DNA of 64,000 bases from IMG/VR virus record IMGVR_UViG_3300030202_002773, positions 17,846 through 81,845 of that record; one strand, 5' to 3'. Below, one piece after another: positions 39,360 through 49,339 of the stretch (positions are counted from its first letter, which is position 1; each line of letters opens with the position of its first letter). This stretch comes from a virus. Position numbers and translations under genes: made by a program. Under the pieces are notes generated by a model. It saw only the letters and a list, made by a program, of their open reading frames with translations, did no database searches and was not told where the DNA came from.

Positions 39360-40506
39360 AATTCATTACATTAGTTTGAAGGTACCCTTCCAGACCTCTA
39401 TTCTTATTCCAAATATACGCTTGACCACATCTAAGCGTTCCAACATATCCTTGTGTTTTATGCCATAAATCATTACCACAAATAGATGGGATAAATCTAA
39501 CTTTAGTTCCCATATATTCATTAAGCATTTCTTTATGTCTATGTCCACAGTGTACTTCTCTTACTTTAGCTCTACTCCACATAGCTGGTTGCTCTGTAGC
39601 TATAAGTAAAGGTAATTCTTGAGTTTTTTCTTTATCACCGTGTGTAAACATAATCATATTAATTCCATATTCATAGTATTTACGAGCATCTAAGCTATTA
39701 TCTACTGTTACATTCTTATTGTTTTTATATATAGCATCTAAAACTTCTCCTGCATAAAACATACGTTCGAAGTCATGGTTACCTTGTACAACAACAACAT
39801 CAACTGGCGCAAACTGAGCTAAGTAATCAATTGCTTTACTTACTAGGTGCCAGTATCCTCTAAAAGATTCACGCCATCGCATATTATCTTGCTGAGGTGT
39901 ACCTTTAGTAGTAGCTCGACTCATACCTTCTGAATTAAGTCCATCATTACCTACAGGTAATAAAAATCTATCTATTTCTAAACCGTCGGCTTTTTTATGT
40001 AGATCCATAATAGCTTGTATATAATGTTTTTCTATTATATTCATAGGCTCATCAGTTATCTTACCATAATGTATATCTGGGAGAGAAATCTCATAACAAA
40101 TAGGATCCTTATGTTTTTTGTACTTAACTTTAGGAACTTTAACACTCCTAGTTTTAATATAATCTAATAAATCTGCTTTAATGTTAGGCATTTCATGCCA
40201 CGAATTATGTGTAACAATACTAAATCTTTGTTCACCCATCATATTCTGCCAAAACTTTACAGATTTAACATCTGCTTGAGTTAAGCCATTTTCTTTAAGA
40301 TGGTCTAAATATTTAGTACTGCCTTTTAATTCATTTCCATTATCGTTATTCATTCTATCCTGAATACATTCTGCGGAAGTAACAGTTTTTTTACACTCTT
40401 GAATTAATACAGGATCTACGTCCCAATGTTCTGCTAACCAATCAACTCCTTTTTTCTGATAACTTTTTTTTGTTTGTAGTTTCTCAATAATTTCATCTTT
40501 TGTCAT
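39340..40506 (-). CDS. Calcineurin-like metallophosphoesterase
   Basis: 'PDIHYG', 'GND', 'GNHD', 'THGD', 'GHRH' motifs. Confidence 0.85.
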   Translation of the reverse strand: MTKDEIIEKLQTKKSYQKKGVDWLAEHWDVDPVLIQECKKTVTSAECIQDRMNNDNGNELKGSTKYLDHLKENGLTQADVKSVKFWQNMMGEQRFSIVTHNSWHEMPNIKADLLDYIKTRSVKVPKVKYKKHKDPICYEISLPDIHYGKITDEPMNIIEKHYIQAIMDLHKKADGLEIDRFLLPVGNDGLNSEGMSRATTKGTPQQDNMRWRESFRGYWHLVSKAIDYLAQFAPVDVVVVQGNHDFERMFYAGEVLDAIYKNNKNVTVDNSLDARKYYEYGINMIMFTHGDKEKTQELPLLIATEQPAMWSRAKVREVHCGHRHKEMLNEYMGTKVRFIPSICGNDLWHKTQGYVGTLRCGQAYIWNKNRGLEGYLQTNVMNYEEEVL

Positions 40507-41488
40507 TTATTATATTTTTAAGTTCATTAAAACTACCTACTTTGCTAACCAAATCAGAAGGATCTTTAGATTTGAATTTGTCAGGCAGGCAGATATTTTC
40601 GAAACCATATAAATCACAAATTTTATTAGCCATTATTTGGCCTGGATTATTTTCTTTGTTAAAATCGTTGTCATATAAAATTTCTATTGTATTGAATCTT
40701 GTTTTTAACTCACTTATTAAATTTTTATCAGGTATTTGCATTTCACTTTGCATAGCTATAGAATTATAGCCTGCGGCATATAAACACATAATATCTTTGA
40801 GGGAAGAAGTAATAATAAGTCGCTCCCCTTTATCTGGGAGTTGGTCATAGCCTTGTATATCTGTTTTCTTTGTATTGCTTAACCACTTATTTTTTTCTTC
40901 ATAAGGAGAATAGATTTTATATCGATTTTTAAATTTAAAAGCATAACTGATTGATTTACACGTAAATCTATTGTTATTTATCCAAAAATGACTTATCGGT
41001 TCCACGGCAAAAGTATTAAGTATTTTTTTACTAACCAAATATTTTCGCCAAAAGTTCGCATCTTGTTTATTCCAAGGTCTTGCTTTCTTTTGAATTATTG
41101 TAAGTTTTTCAACAAGTTTGGGTTGATTTCTTCTATAGCCGAGATATCCCATTGTAAATAAGGATTCTTCTTTTTTATTACTTAAATTAAGATTAAAGTC
41201 GCAATCAATTATTTTAAGAGCGTCTATAAATGTACAATTATATTTAAATTGTACATAGCCAAAGCAGTTAAAAGTATGATCAGGATGTCCAAAATCTTTA
41301 TAAAGTAAATTTCCATTCCACATGATAATAGATGCAGTTGGTGTTCTATCTTCACGTAAATCACTACAAAATTTTTTACTTAATTCTTTAAAACTAGGAC
41401 AGTAATACATAAAAATGTCATACTCAGAAATTTTTCCAAGTATGACATCCGTATGTAAATGATCTTGACTGCTTCTTGATCTAATCAT
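40493..41488 (-). CDS. DNA primase (TOPRIM, crAss type)
   Basis: 'LREDRTPT', 'YKDFG', 'IITSSLKDIMCL', 'LYDND', 'KDPSD'. Confidence 0.8.
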   Translation of the reverse strand: MIRSRSSQDHLHTDVILGKISEYDIFMYYCPSFKELSKKFCSDLREDRTPTASIIMWNGNLLYKDFGHPDHTFNCFGYVQFKYNCTFIDALKIIDCDFNLNLSNKKEESLFTMGYLGYRRNQPKLVEKLTIIQKKARPWNKQDANFWRKYLVSKKILNTFAVEPISHFWINNNRFTCKSISYAFKFKNRYKIYSPYEEKNKWLSNTKKTDIQGYDQLPDKGERLIITSSLKDIMCLYAAGYNSIAMQSEMQIPDKNLISELKTRFNTIEILYDNDFNKENNPGQIMANKICDLYGFENICLPDKFKSKDPSDLVSKVGSFNELKNIINDKR

Positions 41489-42309
41489 TAAAATGGAAGA
41501 TCCTCTTCAACTGTTACTTTTTGTCCATTGTCTTTATTAATAACCCAGTCTTCATTTTCATCAACAGTATCAGGAGTTACCAATGTAGCTGTAGAAACAT
41601 AAGGTCCCCAAGTTAACTCTGGACAAGCTCCAACATCAGCATTAAATGCACCATAATCATCATTAAGTTTCTCTATAAATAAATCATCACGCTGAGGTTT
41701 TACTCTACCAAAGTATTTAGTATATACTTTTTGATATTTACCATCTTTAACACCTATAAGAACTCTAACTTCATTAGTAGATAAAGCTTCAACTAAATGT
41801 TTAATTTCTGTTATAACTCCATTAGATATTGCAGGCATAGAATCAAAAGATACTTCATCTCCTGATGCTACATTAGCCCAAGCTTTAGTAAAATTAATTA
41901 ACGTTTCTTCACCAGTATAAGCTTTTCTTTCACCTTCAGATTTCCACCATGGATATTTAAGTTCTCCTTCTTCATTTAATTCTTTACTAGGTTCAGTATT
42001 AGACCATGTAGATTGTCCAATAGCATTCATCCATTGATATTTACCTGCTTGAGAAACTCTAGGTTTATTTTGCATTAGTATTTCTAATTTAAAATTACCA
42101 TCTGAATTAGCTAGCCAAAATACAATTTTATTGTATTCTTCTCCACTAAATTCTACTTTGTAGTTTGGTTCTTGTTTTACATTAATGTCCATTGCATGTA
42201 ATTCCTCCATTGTTGGATTTACTGCTCTAACTTTTACATTAGTTAAACCTGAGTAAGTTTTAACACCACCCATTACTTCTTCTGTACTTGCATTACTTTG
42301 TATTGCCAT
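41488..42309 (-). CDS. Probable single-stranded DNA-binding protein
   Basis: Acidic C-terminus ending 'EEDLPF' (SSB-type tail); located between the Sak4-like ATPase and the primase. Confidence 0.55.
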   Translation of the reverse strand: MAIQSNASTEEVMGGVKTYSGLTNVKVRAVNPTMEELHAMDINVKQEPNYKVEFSGEEYNKIVFWLANSDGNFKLEILMQNKPRVSQAGKYQWMNAIGQSTWSNTEPSKELNEEGELKYPWWKSEGERKAYTGEETLINFTKAWANVASGDEVSFDSMPAISNGVITEIKHLVEALSTNEVRVLIGVKDGKYQKVYTKYFGRVKPQRDDLFIEKLNDDYGAFNADVGACPELTWGPYVSTATLVTPDTVDENEDWVINKDNGQKVTVEEDLPF

Positions 42310-42337
42310 TTTTTATTGTTTTTGATTATTAATTAAT

Positions 42338-42949
42338 TTATAATTCGAACGTATCATCGTCCATTTCTAGTTCTTCTTCTTGCTGCTCTTTTACTACATT
42401 TAAAGTATCTTGAAAAGATGGAGGTTCTCCTAACTCATTTTCTAACTCTTCGTCAAAAGTTTCTTTTAATGTTTTACCATCTTCATTTACCATAGTTGTA
42501 AAAGCATCATTAAGAGCATCTTGAGCATCTTGATCAAGTTCTATTGGTTTTCCAGTTTCTGAATCTTCGGCTCTCCATTGAAGATCTTCATCAGGATCTG
42601 TAGGGCTAAGCAAATTTACAATATCTTTTTCAGTTTTTTCCATATTTTCTTGAATATCTTTAACTTCGTCTATAGTATCTTGTATAGCATCTTCTAAAGT
42701 CATTTGATTAGGATCTATAGCATCAGTCATATCATCTTCGAATGTAAAAGATAAAGGTTTCTTTTTACTAGGTCTTCTACCTTTAAGAAATGGATGCTTA
42801 AACATCTCATCTACTTCCCATGGTTTAATACCATACTTAATAGCCATCTCTGGTTTACTAATACCGTTTTTAAGATCTTGATCGATCATAGAAACAGTAA
42901 TTTTTTCAGGAGTTTCTCCTGGTGTTACAGTTGTTTTCATTTTAATCAT
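42338..42949 (-). CDS. Hypothetical protein: N-terminal HTH-like segment plus very acidic tail
   Basis: 'GISKPEMAIKYGI' followed by a D/E-rich C-terminus. Start moved downstream to avoid overlap with the ATPase. Confidence 0.55.
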   Translation of the reverse strand: MIKMKTTVTPGETPEKITVSMIDQDLKNGISKPEMAIKYGIKPWEVDEMFKHPFLKGRRPSKKKPLSFTFEDDMTDAIDPNQMTLEDAIQDTIDEVKDIQENMEKTEKDIVNLLSPTDPDEDLQWRAEDSETGKPIELDQDAQDALNDAFTTMVNEDGKTLKETFDEELENELGEPPSFQDTLNVVKEQQEEELEMDDDTFEL

Positions 42950-42963
42950 TTTTTTATGTTTAA

Positions 42964-43662
42964 TTAATCTATAAATATATCTGACCAATTCATAGGCATG
43001 GTCTTACCTTTTAAATGTGCACATCGAGATCCTGCAGTTATATCATCCATAGAGTCAAATGAAACCATAGTTTCTTCTCCCTCTCTAAATATATAGCCAA
43101 CAGCATCTGCATTAGCGCAGGTAATTTGCTTGATCTTACCAGTTAAATCAAGGTCTTTAACAGCAACCTCTTTACCTTTCTTTTCAAGCATCTTATCTTT
43201 TAAATGTCCAACTAAGATAATATGATCCGCTAGTTTATTCAGTTTATCTATCCATTCTTTGTAGGCCATTCTTAAATATAAATAGCCAGCACCGTTAGGC
43301 AGTGATAGTACTGATGCACCAGGGTTCTTAGTATCAAAGTTTTTACCCATAGGAGTTTTCATATAAATTTTTTTAGCATAAGCTTCACACATTTCTTCTA
43401 GTTTAGATATAGTGTCAATAGCTATATATTTATATGGTCTTCCTTCTTTCATAATTGCTGAACCAATAGTTTGTAAATCTTTTAAACTATGAGCTTTTAC
43501 TTTTAAAGCATCAATCATATCTGATCCGTCTTCTAAGTCAATAATTAAACAATCATCAAGCTGTGATAATATAGTAGTCTTACCTATTTTAGGTGGACCA
43601 TATATTATCATGTTTTTAGGCGATTTACGGCTAGCCTTTACCTTCTCTTTTGGTAATTCCAT
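42964..43662 (-). CDS. AAA_24 / Sak4-like ATPase (recombination)
   Basis: 'IIYGPPKIGKTT', 'IIDLEDG', 'IAIDTI'; probable start MELPKE at 43662. Confidence 0.8.
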   Translation of the reverse strand: MELPKEKVKASRKSPKNMIIYGPPKIGKTTILSQLDDCLIIDLEDGSDMIDALKVKAHSLKDLQTIGSAIMKEGRPYKYIAIDTISKLEEMCEAYAKKIYMKTPMGKNFDTKNPGASVLSLPNGAGYLYLRMAYKEWIDKLNKLADHIILVGHLKDKMLEKKGKEVAVKDLDLTGKIKQITCANADAVGYIFREGEETMVSFDSMDDITAGSRCAHLKGKTMPMNWSDIFID

Positions 43663-43663
43663 A

Positions 43664-43834
43664 TTATTTAGTTTTAAGATATTCTCTAATTCTACTTTCA
43701 CTTCTATCAAGAACTTCCGCAATATTTTTTATAGACATGCGTTTAGTCTTTAATTTTCTAGCAATTGTAGCCATTTTAATCACTGCTACAGATTTTAAAT
43801 CTGTCCATTGTTTTGTCTTACTGTTCCAATTCAT
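43664..43834 (-). CDS. Small HTH DNA-binding protein
   Basis: 'MSIKNIAEVLDRSESRIREYL' HTH pattern; probable start MNWNS. Confidence 0.6.
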   Translation of the reverse strand: MNWNSKTKQWTDLKSVAVIKMATIARKLKTKRMSIKNIAEVLDRSESRIREYLKTK

Positions 43835-43835
43835 A

Positions 43836-43973
43836 TTATGCTTGTTTTTTATACCAGACTCCCCTACCTTTAGCTTTACCGGTAAGTTCAACTGTTTTAA
43901 TTACTATTAATTCTTCTTCTTTAGAAGGATTATACTTTGGATTTTTGCTGTTCAGCTTTCTTTTTTTTGTCAT
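43836..43973 (-). CDS. Small basic hypothetical protein (45 aa, not in ORF track)
   Basis: MTKKRKLNSKNPKYNPSKEEELIVIKTVELTGKAKGRGVWYKKQA; fills the gap and abuts the next ATG. Confidence 0.5.
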   Translation of the reverse strand: MTKKRKLNSKNPKYNPSKEEELIVIKTVELTGKAKGRGVWYKKQA

Positions 43974-44085
43974 ATTTTATTATATTATCCATTAATTTAT
44001 TTATTCCTTGTCTTTTTACATTATAAGCATACAAACTAGTGCATATAGCAAATATTCCTATTACTATTGTTATTATATATACCAT
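43930..44085 (-). CDS. Small membrane protein (51 aa, not in ORF track)
   Basis: MVYIITIVIGIFAICTSLYAYNVKRQ...; TAATG coupling with the upstream ORF. Confidence 0.4.
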   Translation of the reverse strand: MVYIITIVIGIFAICTSLYAYNVKRQGINKLMDNIIKYDKKKKAEQQKSKV

Positions 44086-44198
44086 TATTTCTTTGTTCTT
44101 TTATCTATATGCTTATCTATTTGGGAAGAAAAGTACATTCCTGTTACTAATCCTGCGCCCCAAGCTATTAAATGAGTGATTATCCAAGTTATTTCCAT
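44085..44198 (-). CDS. Small membrane protein (37 aa, not in ORF track)
   Basis: MEITWIITHLIAWGAGLVTGMYFSSQIDKHIDKRTKK; overlaps both neighbours. Confidence 0.45.
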   Translation of the reverse strand: MEITWIITHLIAWGAGLVTGMYFSSQIDKHIDKRTKK

Positions 44199-44377
44199 TT
44201 GATATCATATTTTGTTATTAATTCATTTCTTTTTCTAATTAATTGTGATCTAGAAGCAGTTGGAGCTGAAAACATATCAGTTCTTTGTATATATCCAACA
44301 GCAGATTGCTTGCCTTCTAGGTTATTAATACTTTGAGTTAAGTTTTTTATTATTTCTTTTGCTTTTTGTTTTGACAT
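44189..44377 (-). CDS. Hypothetical protein
   Basis: Probable start MSKQK after AATTAAAATT leader. Confidence 0.5.
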   Translation of the reverse strand: MSKQKAKEIIKNLTQSINNLEGKQSAVGYIQRTDMFSAPTASRSQLIRKRNELITKYDIKWK

Positions 44378-44381
44378 AATT

Positions 44382-45338
44382 TTAATTTCTTTCGTTAATA
44401 GTAAATGTAGCCATTTCTGCTTCAAAGGGTATCATTCCAAGTAAACCATCTCTGTTCTTTTCTACATGAACAGCTAATAGTCCTACAGGATCCTCATTAC
44501 AGTATGTTTCTGTTATACCATACAAATCATATGGTCGTTGTAACATCATAACAACATGCGCATCTTGGCCAATACTATCACCACCAAACAAATCTGTTAG
44601 TAATGGTTGGTATTGCGCTTTAGCACGGTGTTCTTGCTCTATGTTACGATTAAGCTGTGATAGGAGTATATTTATAACTCCCATTTTAGCTTGCATCCAC
44701 ATACATCCTTTAGATAGCTCGTTAAGTCGTTGTAATTCTGACTCTGCTCTACCTACAACAAGACGTGAGTGGTCAAAGATATTTATAATTCTAGCATTAG
44801 GGTTTCTATTAGTTATTTCTACATTAGCTTCTTTAATATATTCTATATTTCTAGGAATATTATTAAAATAAATAGGATATTTTTTATATTTAGATACTTT
44901 ATCTTTATATAATTGATAGTCCTGTTCACTTAATTTTTCTTCTACAGATAATAGATCTAACACTTCTTTTTTAACATCTTTAGAGCCTGCACGTAATATT
45001 TGTTGATGACCAGGCATCTCAAAACTCCAGTATAATACTACAACTTTCTCTTTAAGTTCATTATCCAACAAGTCAAATATCATTTGATTACTAAATGCTG
45101 ATTTACCTACACCAGGTCTACCAGCAATTACGTACATTTTACCAGGCTGTAATCCACCTAATAAATTTTTATTTAGTCTTTTCCATTTAGTTGGGAAGAC
45201 AGGTCGTTTACCAAGCATACCAGTTCTAACTTCATTAATAGAAGTTGTTACAGACTGTTCTATGCTTTTAAATCCTCTACTCTTATAGGGATCTTGTGAT
45301 TCTTGGTTTAAGGGGGTCTTTTTGTATTGCATTTTCAT
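44382..45338 (-). CDS. DnaB-like replicative helicase (C-terminal ATPase domain)
   Basis: 'AGRPGVGKS', 'SFEM', 'LSQLNR', 'IGQDA', 'KNRDG'. Confidence 0.88.
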   Translation of the reverse strand: MKMQYKKTPLNQESQDPYKSRGFKSIEQSVTTSINEVRTGMLGKRPVFPTKWKRLNKNLLGGLQPGKMYVIAGRPGVGKSAFSNQMIFDLLDNELKEKVVVLYWSFEMPGHQQILRAGSKDVKKEVLDLLSVEEKLSEQDYQLYKDKVSKYKKYPIYFNNIPRNIEYIKEANVEITNRNPNARIINIFDHSRLVVGRAESELQRLNELSKGCMWMQAKMGVINILLSQLNRNIEQEHRAKAQYQPLLTDLFGGDSIGQDAHVVMMLQRPYDLYGITETYCNEDPVGLLAVHVEKNRDGLLGMIPFEAEMATFTINERN

Positions 45339-45840
45339 CTAAGTTTTCATACTTTTCCCAAGTATGGTTATTAATCCAGGTTTCTAAGTTTTGTAGATAT
45401 TCAAGACTATTTCTTTCAATTGCTAATTGTTTATCTAAACATTTCATTATATATTTATGTTTATATAATTTATTATTTACAATTTTTTTATACCTATCCC
45501 TAGCCTTTTTATTGGCCATAGCATCTGGATCTTTAGCATGCAACACCCTAACACCTCGTGAAGAAGAATTTACTTTCATAGGATACGTACTCACTAATTC
45601 AGCAAACATTGAATCAAAATCAGAAACAAAAAGATCGATGAATTCCTGTCTAATAACGTGAGTATCAACAGTTTCACCGATCTTTATGTATCCATTTTTT
45701 TGTAATTCTTCTAAATTTGGCTTTAAATTAAGATTGTTTAAATGGTTAAATCCTTTTCGATAGATGATAAATAAATATGTGAAATCATCAGCACTCATCT
45801 GTGTTTGAGTTAGTATTTCAAAATCTATATTTATCTTCAT
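45283..45840 (-). CDS. Putative replication initiator / helicase loader
   Basis: Immediately upstream of the DnaB-like gene; C-terminal 'YLQNLETWINNHTWEKY' resembles phage replisome-organiser tails. Confidence 0.5.
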   Translation of the reverse strand: MKINIDFEILTQTQMSADDFTYLFIIYRKGFNHLNNLNLKPNLEELQKNGYIKIGETVDTHVIRQEFIDLFVSDFDSMFAELVSTYPMKVNSSSRGVRVLHAKDPDAMANKKARDRYKKIVNNKLYKHKYIMKCLDKQLAIERNSLEYLQNLETWINNHTWEKYENLDENAIQKDPLKPRITRSL

Positions 45841-45877
45841 ATCAAAAATTCTTTTATAGTTAAACGGAACATGGGTA

Positions 45878-45885
45878 CAAATATA
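45878..45885 (-). promoter_or_regulatory. Bacteroidota sigma-70 -7 box (TATATTTG) for the initiator/helicase operon
   Basis: TAnnTTTG in the intergenic gap about 38 nt upstream of ATG 45840. Confidence 0.55.
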
Positions 45886-45926
45886 CAAATCTTTTTCATA
45901 TTATAAAACTTTTATTTAATTATTTT

Positions 45927-47117
45927 TTACATCCAATTTACATTGTCTAAATTCTTTGTAGAATTTTTTAGCCATTTTTCTTCTTGACTATCTTTAACAT
46001 ATAATATTATGATCTCACCAGTTTTACCTTCTTGAAATCTAACTAGTCGTCCTACTCTTTGTATCATAGGAAGAGATTTACTAGTAATACCGCATATTAT
46101 ACCCATATTAGCATCAGGAACATCTAATCCTTGATTTAATGCTTTTGTAGAACATAATATTTTTACTACATCATTTTTAAATGCTGTTAAAGCAAACTCT
46201 CTTTGTTTTTTTGTTTTTCCAGAATGATAAGACATAGCTAATGGAGATATTGATTCAGATAATCTATCTGTAAAAACATTAGCACCACTAAATGCAAGAA
46301 TCTTTTTATCTAAGTTATTCATTACTAATGATTTAAACTTAGACACTTTATTCTCTGCTAAATCTATAATAGCTTTTCTTTCTCTAATAGCTTGATAGAA
46401 TTTTGCTGCAGCTTTTTTATCTTCTGGATGAGAGTTTGGAGTACTCATAATAAATTTAGCTCTATTAAAAGCATCAAATTCACCTAACATATATTTGTAT
46501 CTAACAAATTGATTGTTTATACTTTTATATCTAGATCTTTCATCTGCTGTTAATTCTACAGGTATACATTGTATTTTATAAGGACTTATTAATCCTAATG
46601 CAACACATTCATCTAATGTAATATTATAAACTGTAGGTGCTAATTTACTTAAATATTCTGCATATTCTTCTTCTTCTGGTATTGTAGCAGTCATACATAA
46701 TAATTTATCATATGTATTATTATCAAAGAATTTTTTATACTCTTTACTTAATCCTAAATGTATTTCATCACATACTACTATATCATAATGCTCATCTTGA
46801 AGTTTATAAGCACTTTGATAACATAGAATATCTACATGATCTAGAAGGTCTTCTACCTCCCATTTGTGAAATTCATCACGAAATTGATCTTGAAGTTGTA
46901 TGGTAGGGACTAGTATGAGGGCTTTAGTTCCATATTTATCTAAATTATATCTATGTTCAAATACATGTTTTATTGCTAATATTCCACATCTAGATTTACC
47001 AAAACCTGTTCCTGCTATTATACTACCTGTATAATCAGCTTTAAACCAAGCATTTAATGCTCGTCTTTGTTCTATATCTTTTATCTGATCCATGTCAAAT
47101 AGTGTTAATGTTTTCAT
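45927..47117 (-). CDS. Superfamily 2 helicase (DExH, UvsW/Rad25-like)
   Basis: 'GTGFGKS', 'DEIH', 'TAT', 'QRVGRLVR'. Confidence 0.88.
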   Translation of the reverse strand: MKTLTLFDMDQIKDIEQRRALNAWFKADYTGSIIAGTGFGKSRCGILAIKHVFEHRYNLDKYGTKALILVPTIQLQDQFRDEFHKWEVEDLLDHVDILCYQSAYKLQDEHYDIVVCDEIHLGLSKEYKKFFDNNTYDKLLCMTATIPEEEEYAEYLSKLAPTVYNITLDECVALGLISPYKIQCIPVELTADERSRYKSINNQFVRYKYMLGEFDAFNRAKFIMSTPNSHPEDKKAAAKFYQAIRERKAIIDLAENKVSKFKSLVMNNLDKKILAFSGANVFTDRLSESISPLAMSYHSGKTKKQREFALTAFKNDVVKILCSTKALNQGLDVPDANMGIICGITSKSLPMIQRVGRLVRFQEGKTGEIIILYVKDSQEEKWLKNSTKNLDNVNWM

Positions 47118-47355
47118 TTTCTTTCTCTTTTTTTCTTATTCTTATTTCATGTAATGTATGACATTTACCGTTAGTATCATAAACAAATTTAAGAGCTTTT
47201 TGTGATTCAAATTGATAAATAGGTTTATCTTTCTCAACCTCTCCACTATATTTAAACCAGTCATCCATGTCTATATGATTTGCTTCCCAACGTTCGTACC
47301 ATTCTTTATCTTCTTTGCATTCCTCAATGAAATGTCTAACTAAGTCTTTATCCAT
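47095..47355 (-). CDS. Hypothetical protein
   Basis: 86-aa ORF with AT-rich leader, overlapping the helicase start. Confidence 0.5.
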   Translation of the reverse strand: MDKDLVRHFIEECKEDKEWYERWEANHIDMDDWFKYSGEVEKDKPIYQFESQKALKFVYDTNGKCHTLHEIRIRKKEKENENINTI

Positions 47356-47445
47356 ATTATTTATTTTAATTTAAATACTCCAGGGTGAACAAGAGTATTA
47401 ACCGTTATTGGCAAAATTGCCTTTATGTTCACCCCTTCGTAATAC

Positions 47446-49338
47446 TTATTTTTCCCAACACTCACTAACTGTTACTTCAGCTTTTAGTAAGCCATTTGTT
47501 ACTATTTCTAATGCAGCTTCTTCCATTAATCTTTGCATGTTATGTGTCCAATCAGGTAAATAATCATTTCTACATATTGTATCTATCTGATCATGAACAG
47601 TCATAACTAATTTAATAGGTAAATCAAACTCTTTGATATGATCACGCATTAATATTAAAGCTTTTTTAGTCATATCTGCACTAGCTCCTTGAATAGGTGT
47701 ATTTTTAGATGCTCGTTCAATACTACCTAATTGCATACTAGCTGATTTGTTATCCCATATTCTAGGATACCAACTAGTAAACCATCTCTTCCTATTATAA
47801 GGAGGAAATGTTTTAATGTAACCATATTTTTTACCAAAATTACCTAGTTTATCTAAGAATCCTTTGATTGCTGGGAACGCTTTGAAGTATTTTTTGATGA
47901 GTTCTTCAGCTCTATCCATACTGATGTTAAGAGTATCAGCAAGCTTATTAGGCCCCATCCCATAAGCAAGACCGAAATTAATTGTTTTGACATTATTTCT
48001 AAGTTTTTTATGTTGTTTACATTTACATTTTAATTTTTTAGTCATATATACACAATTATCTTCAGCTGCATCTATCCATTGATCACCATACACCAACTCA
48101 GCACAAGTAGAGTGTAAGTCCTGTCCTTCTTCTAAAGCTTCCAACCATACCGGATCCTTAGATCCAAAGGCAATTACATTTAACTCTTGGCTTGAGTAAT
48201 CTGCACTTACAAATGACCATCCCTCGGGAGCAACAAAACAATTTCTAAATCTATTATCTGCCGGTATCTGTTGCATATTAGGTTTAGATGAGCTTACTCT
48301 ACCTGTGTCTAAAATTTGGTGAAAATTAGTATGAATTTTATTATCTGAAGATAAGTTTTTAAAGAATTTATTACCATAAGATGTACATAATTTCATTGAT
48401 TCTTTATATTTCACATAAGTATCTATAATATTATGTTTAAATCTATATTTATACATTTCTCTACCATTTACATTTTCAAGTTTAGGTACAAGAACTTGGA
48501 ATACTTCTAACACTTGTTTAGGCGATGTCCATTTAATATCTACTTTCCTTAAATTTTCTATTGCTGTAAACATATCTGTTTGAATATATGTAGATACAAA
48601 TTTATTTAATTCATCAGTTTCTATTATTTCTTGATCTAAATTAAAAGCTAAAATATCAGCTTCATTAGTATTTATAATTTCTAATGTTTTCCATTGTTCT
48701 GTATCTAAATCTAAACCATTGTATTCTATATCAGCAAATGATAATACAGCTTCATTTTCTAAATCAACTACATTATTTAATTTATATTTATCTATTAGTG
48801 GTAATTGATGTTGTCTTACTCCTATTAAATATTCTACATCTTTAGCACCATAAACTATTTGATCATCTTTATAAGGTTGACCTGTTAAACCAATAAATTG
48901 ATTTCTTACATCTTTATTTAATTCTACATTTAAATATTTACTACATACATCTTTGAGTCCATATTTCATTCCATCCTTACCACAATTTAATATTCTTTCA
49001 GTAAGGAAGGTGTCATAGACACACTCAACTTCGATATTTGATGTTGCTTTTATAAATTTATAATCAAACTTGGCGTTATGAAATATTTTTATAATATCTT
49101 TAGACTCTAAGATGTTTCTTAAGGGTTCAATTGATACAAACCTTGTATCAACTATGTATTGATTTATCTCATCACCTATTTGAAACATAATCATTTTCTT
49201 ACAAGTGAAATCAAATCCTTCTGTTTCTGTATCTACTCCTAATACTTTCTTATCTTTACAATAATTTACTACATCATCTATTGTAGCAGACTGAAAACTA
49301 GAACTTAAACTTTGTGTTTTACTGATTAAATATATCAT
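47446..49338 (-). CDS. polA: Family A DNA polymerase with 3'-5' exonuclease
   Basis: Exo 'VDTET', 'HNAKFD', 'YGAKD'; motif A 'ADYSSQEL'; motif B 'RNNVKTINFGLAYG'; motif C 'VHDQI'. Confidence 0.95.
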   Translation of the reverse strand: MIYLISKTQSLSSSFQSATIDDVVNYCKDKKVLGVDTETEGFDFTCKKMIMFQIGDEINQYIVDTRFVSIEPLRNILESKDIIKIFHNAKFDYKFIKATSNIEVECVYDTFLTERILNCGKDGMKYGLKDVCSKYLNVELNKDVRNQFIGLTGQPYKDDQIVYGAKDVEYLIGVRQHQLPLIDKYKLNNVVDLENEAVLSFADIEYNGLDLDTEQWKTLEIINTNEADILAFNLDQEIIETDELNKFVSTYIQTDMFTAIENLRKVDIKWTSPKQVLEVFQVLVPKLENVNGREMYKYRFKHNIIDTYVKYKESMKLCTSYGNKFFKNLSSDNKIHTNFHQILDTGRVSSSKPNMQQIPADNRFRNCFVAPEGWSFVSADYSSQELNVIAFGSKDPVWLEALEEGQDLHSTCAELVYGDQWIDAAEDNCVYMTKKLKCKCKQHKKLRNNVKTINFGLAYGMGPNKLADTLNISMDRAEELIKKYFKAFPAIKGFLDKLGNFGKKYGYIKTFPPYNRKRWFTSWYPRIWDNKSASMQLGSIERASKNTPIQGASADMTKKALILMRDHIKEFDLPIKLVMTVHDQIDTICRNDYLPDWTHNMQRLMEEAALEIVTNGLLKAEVTVSECWEK

Positions 49339-49339
49339 T

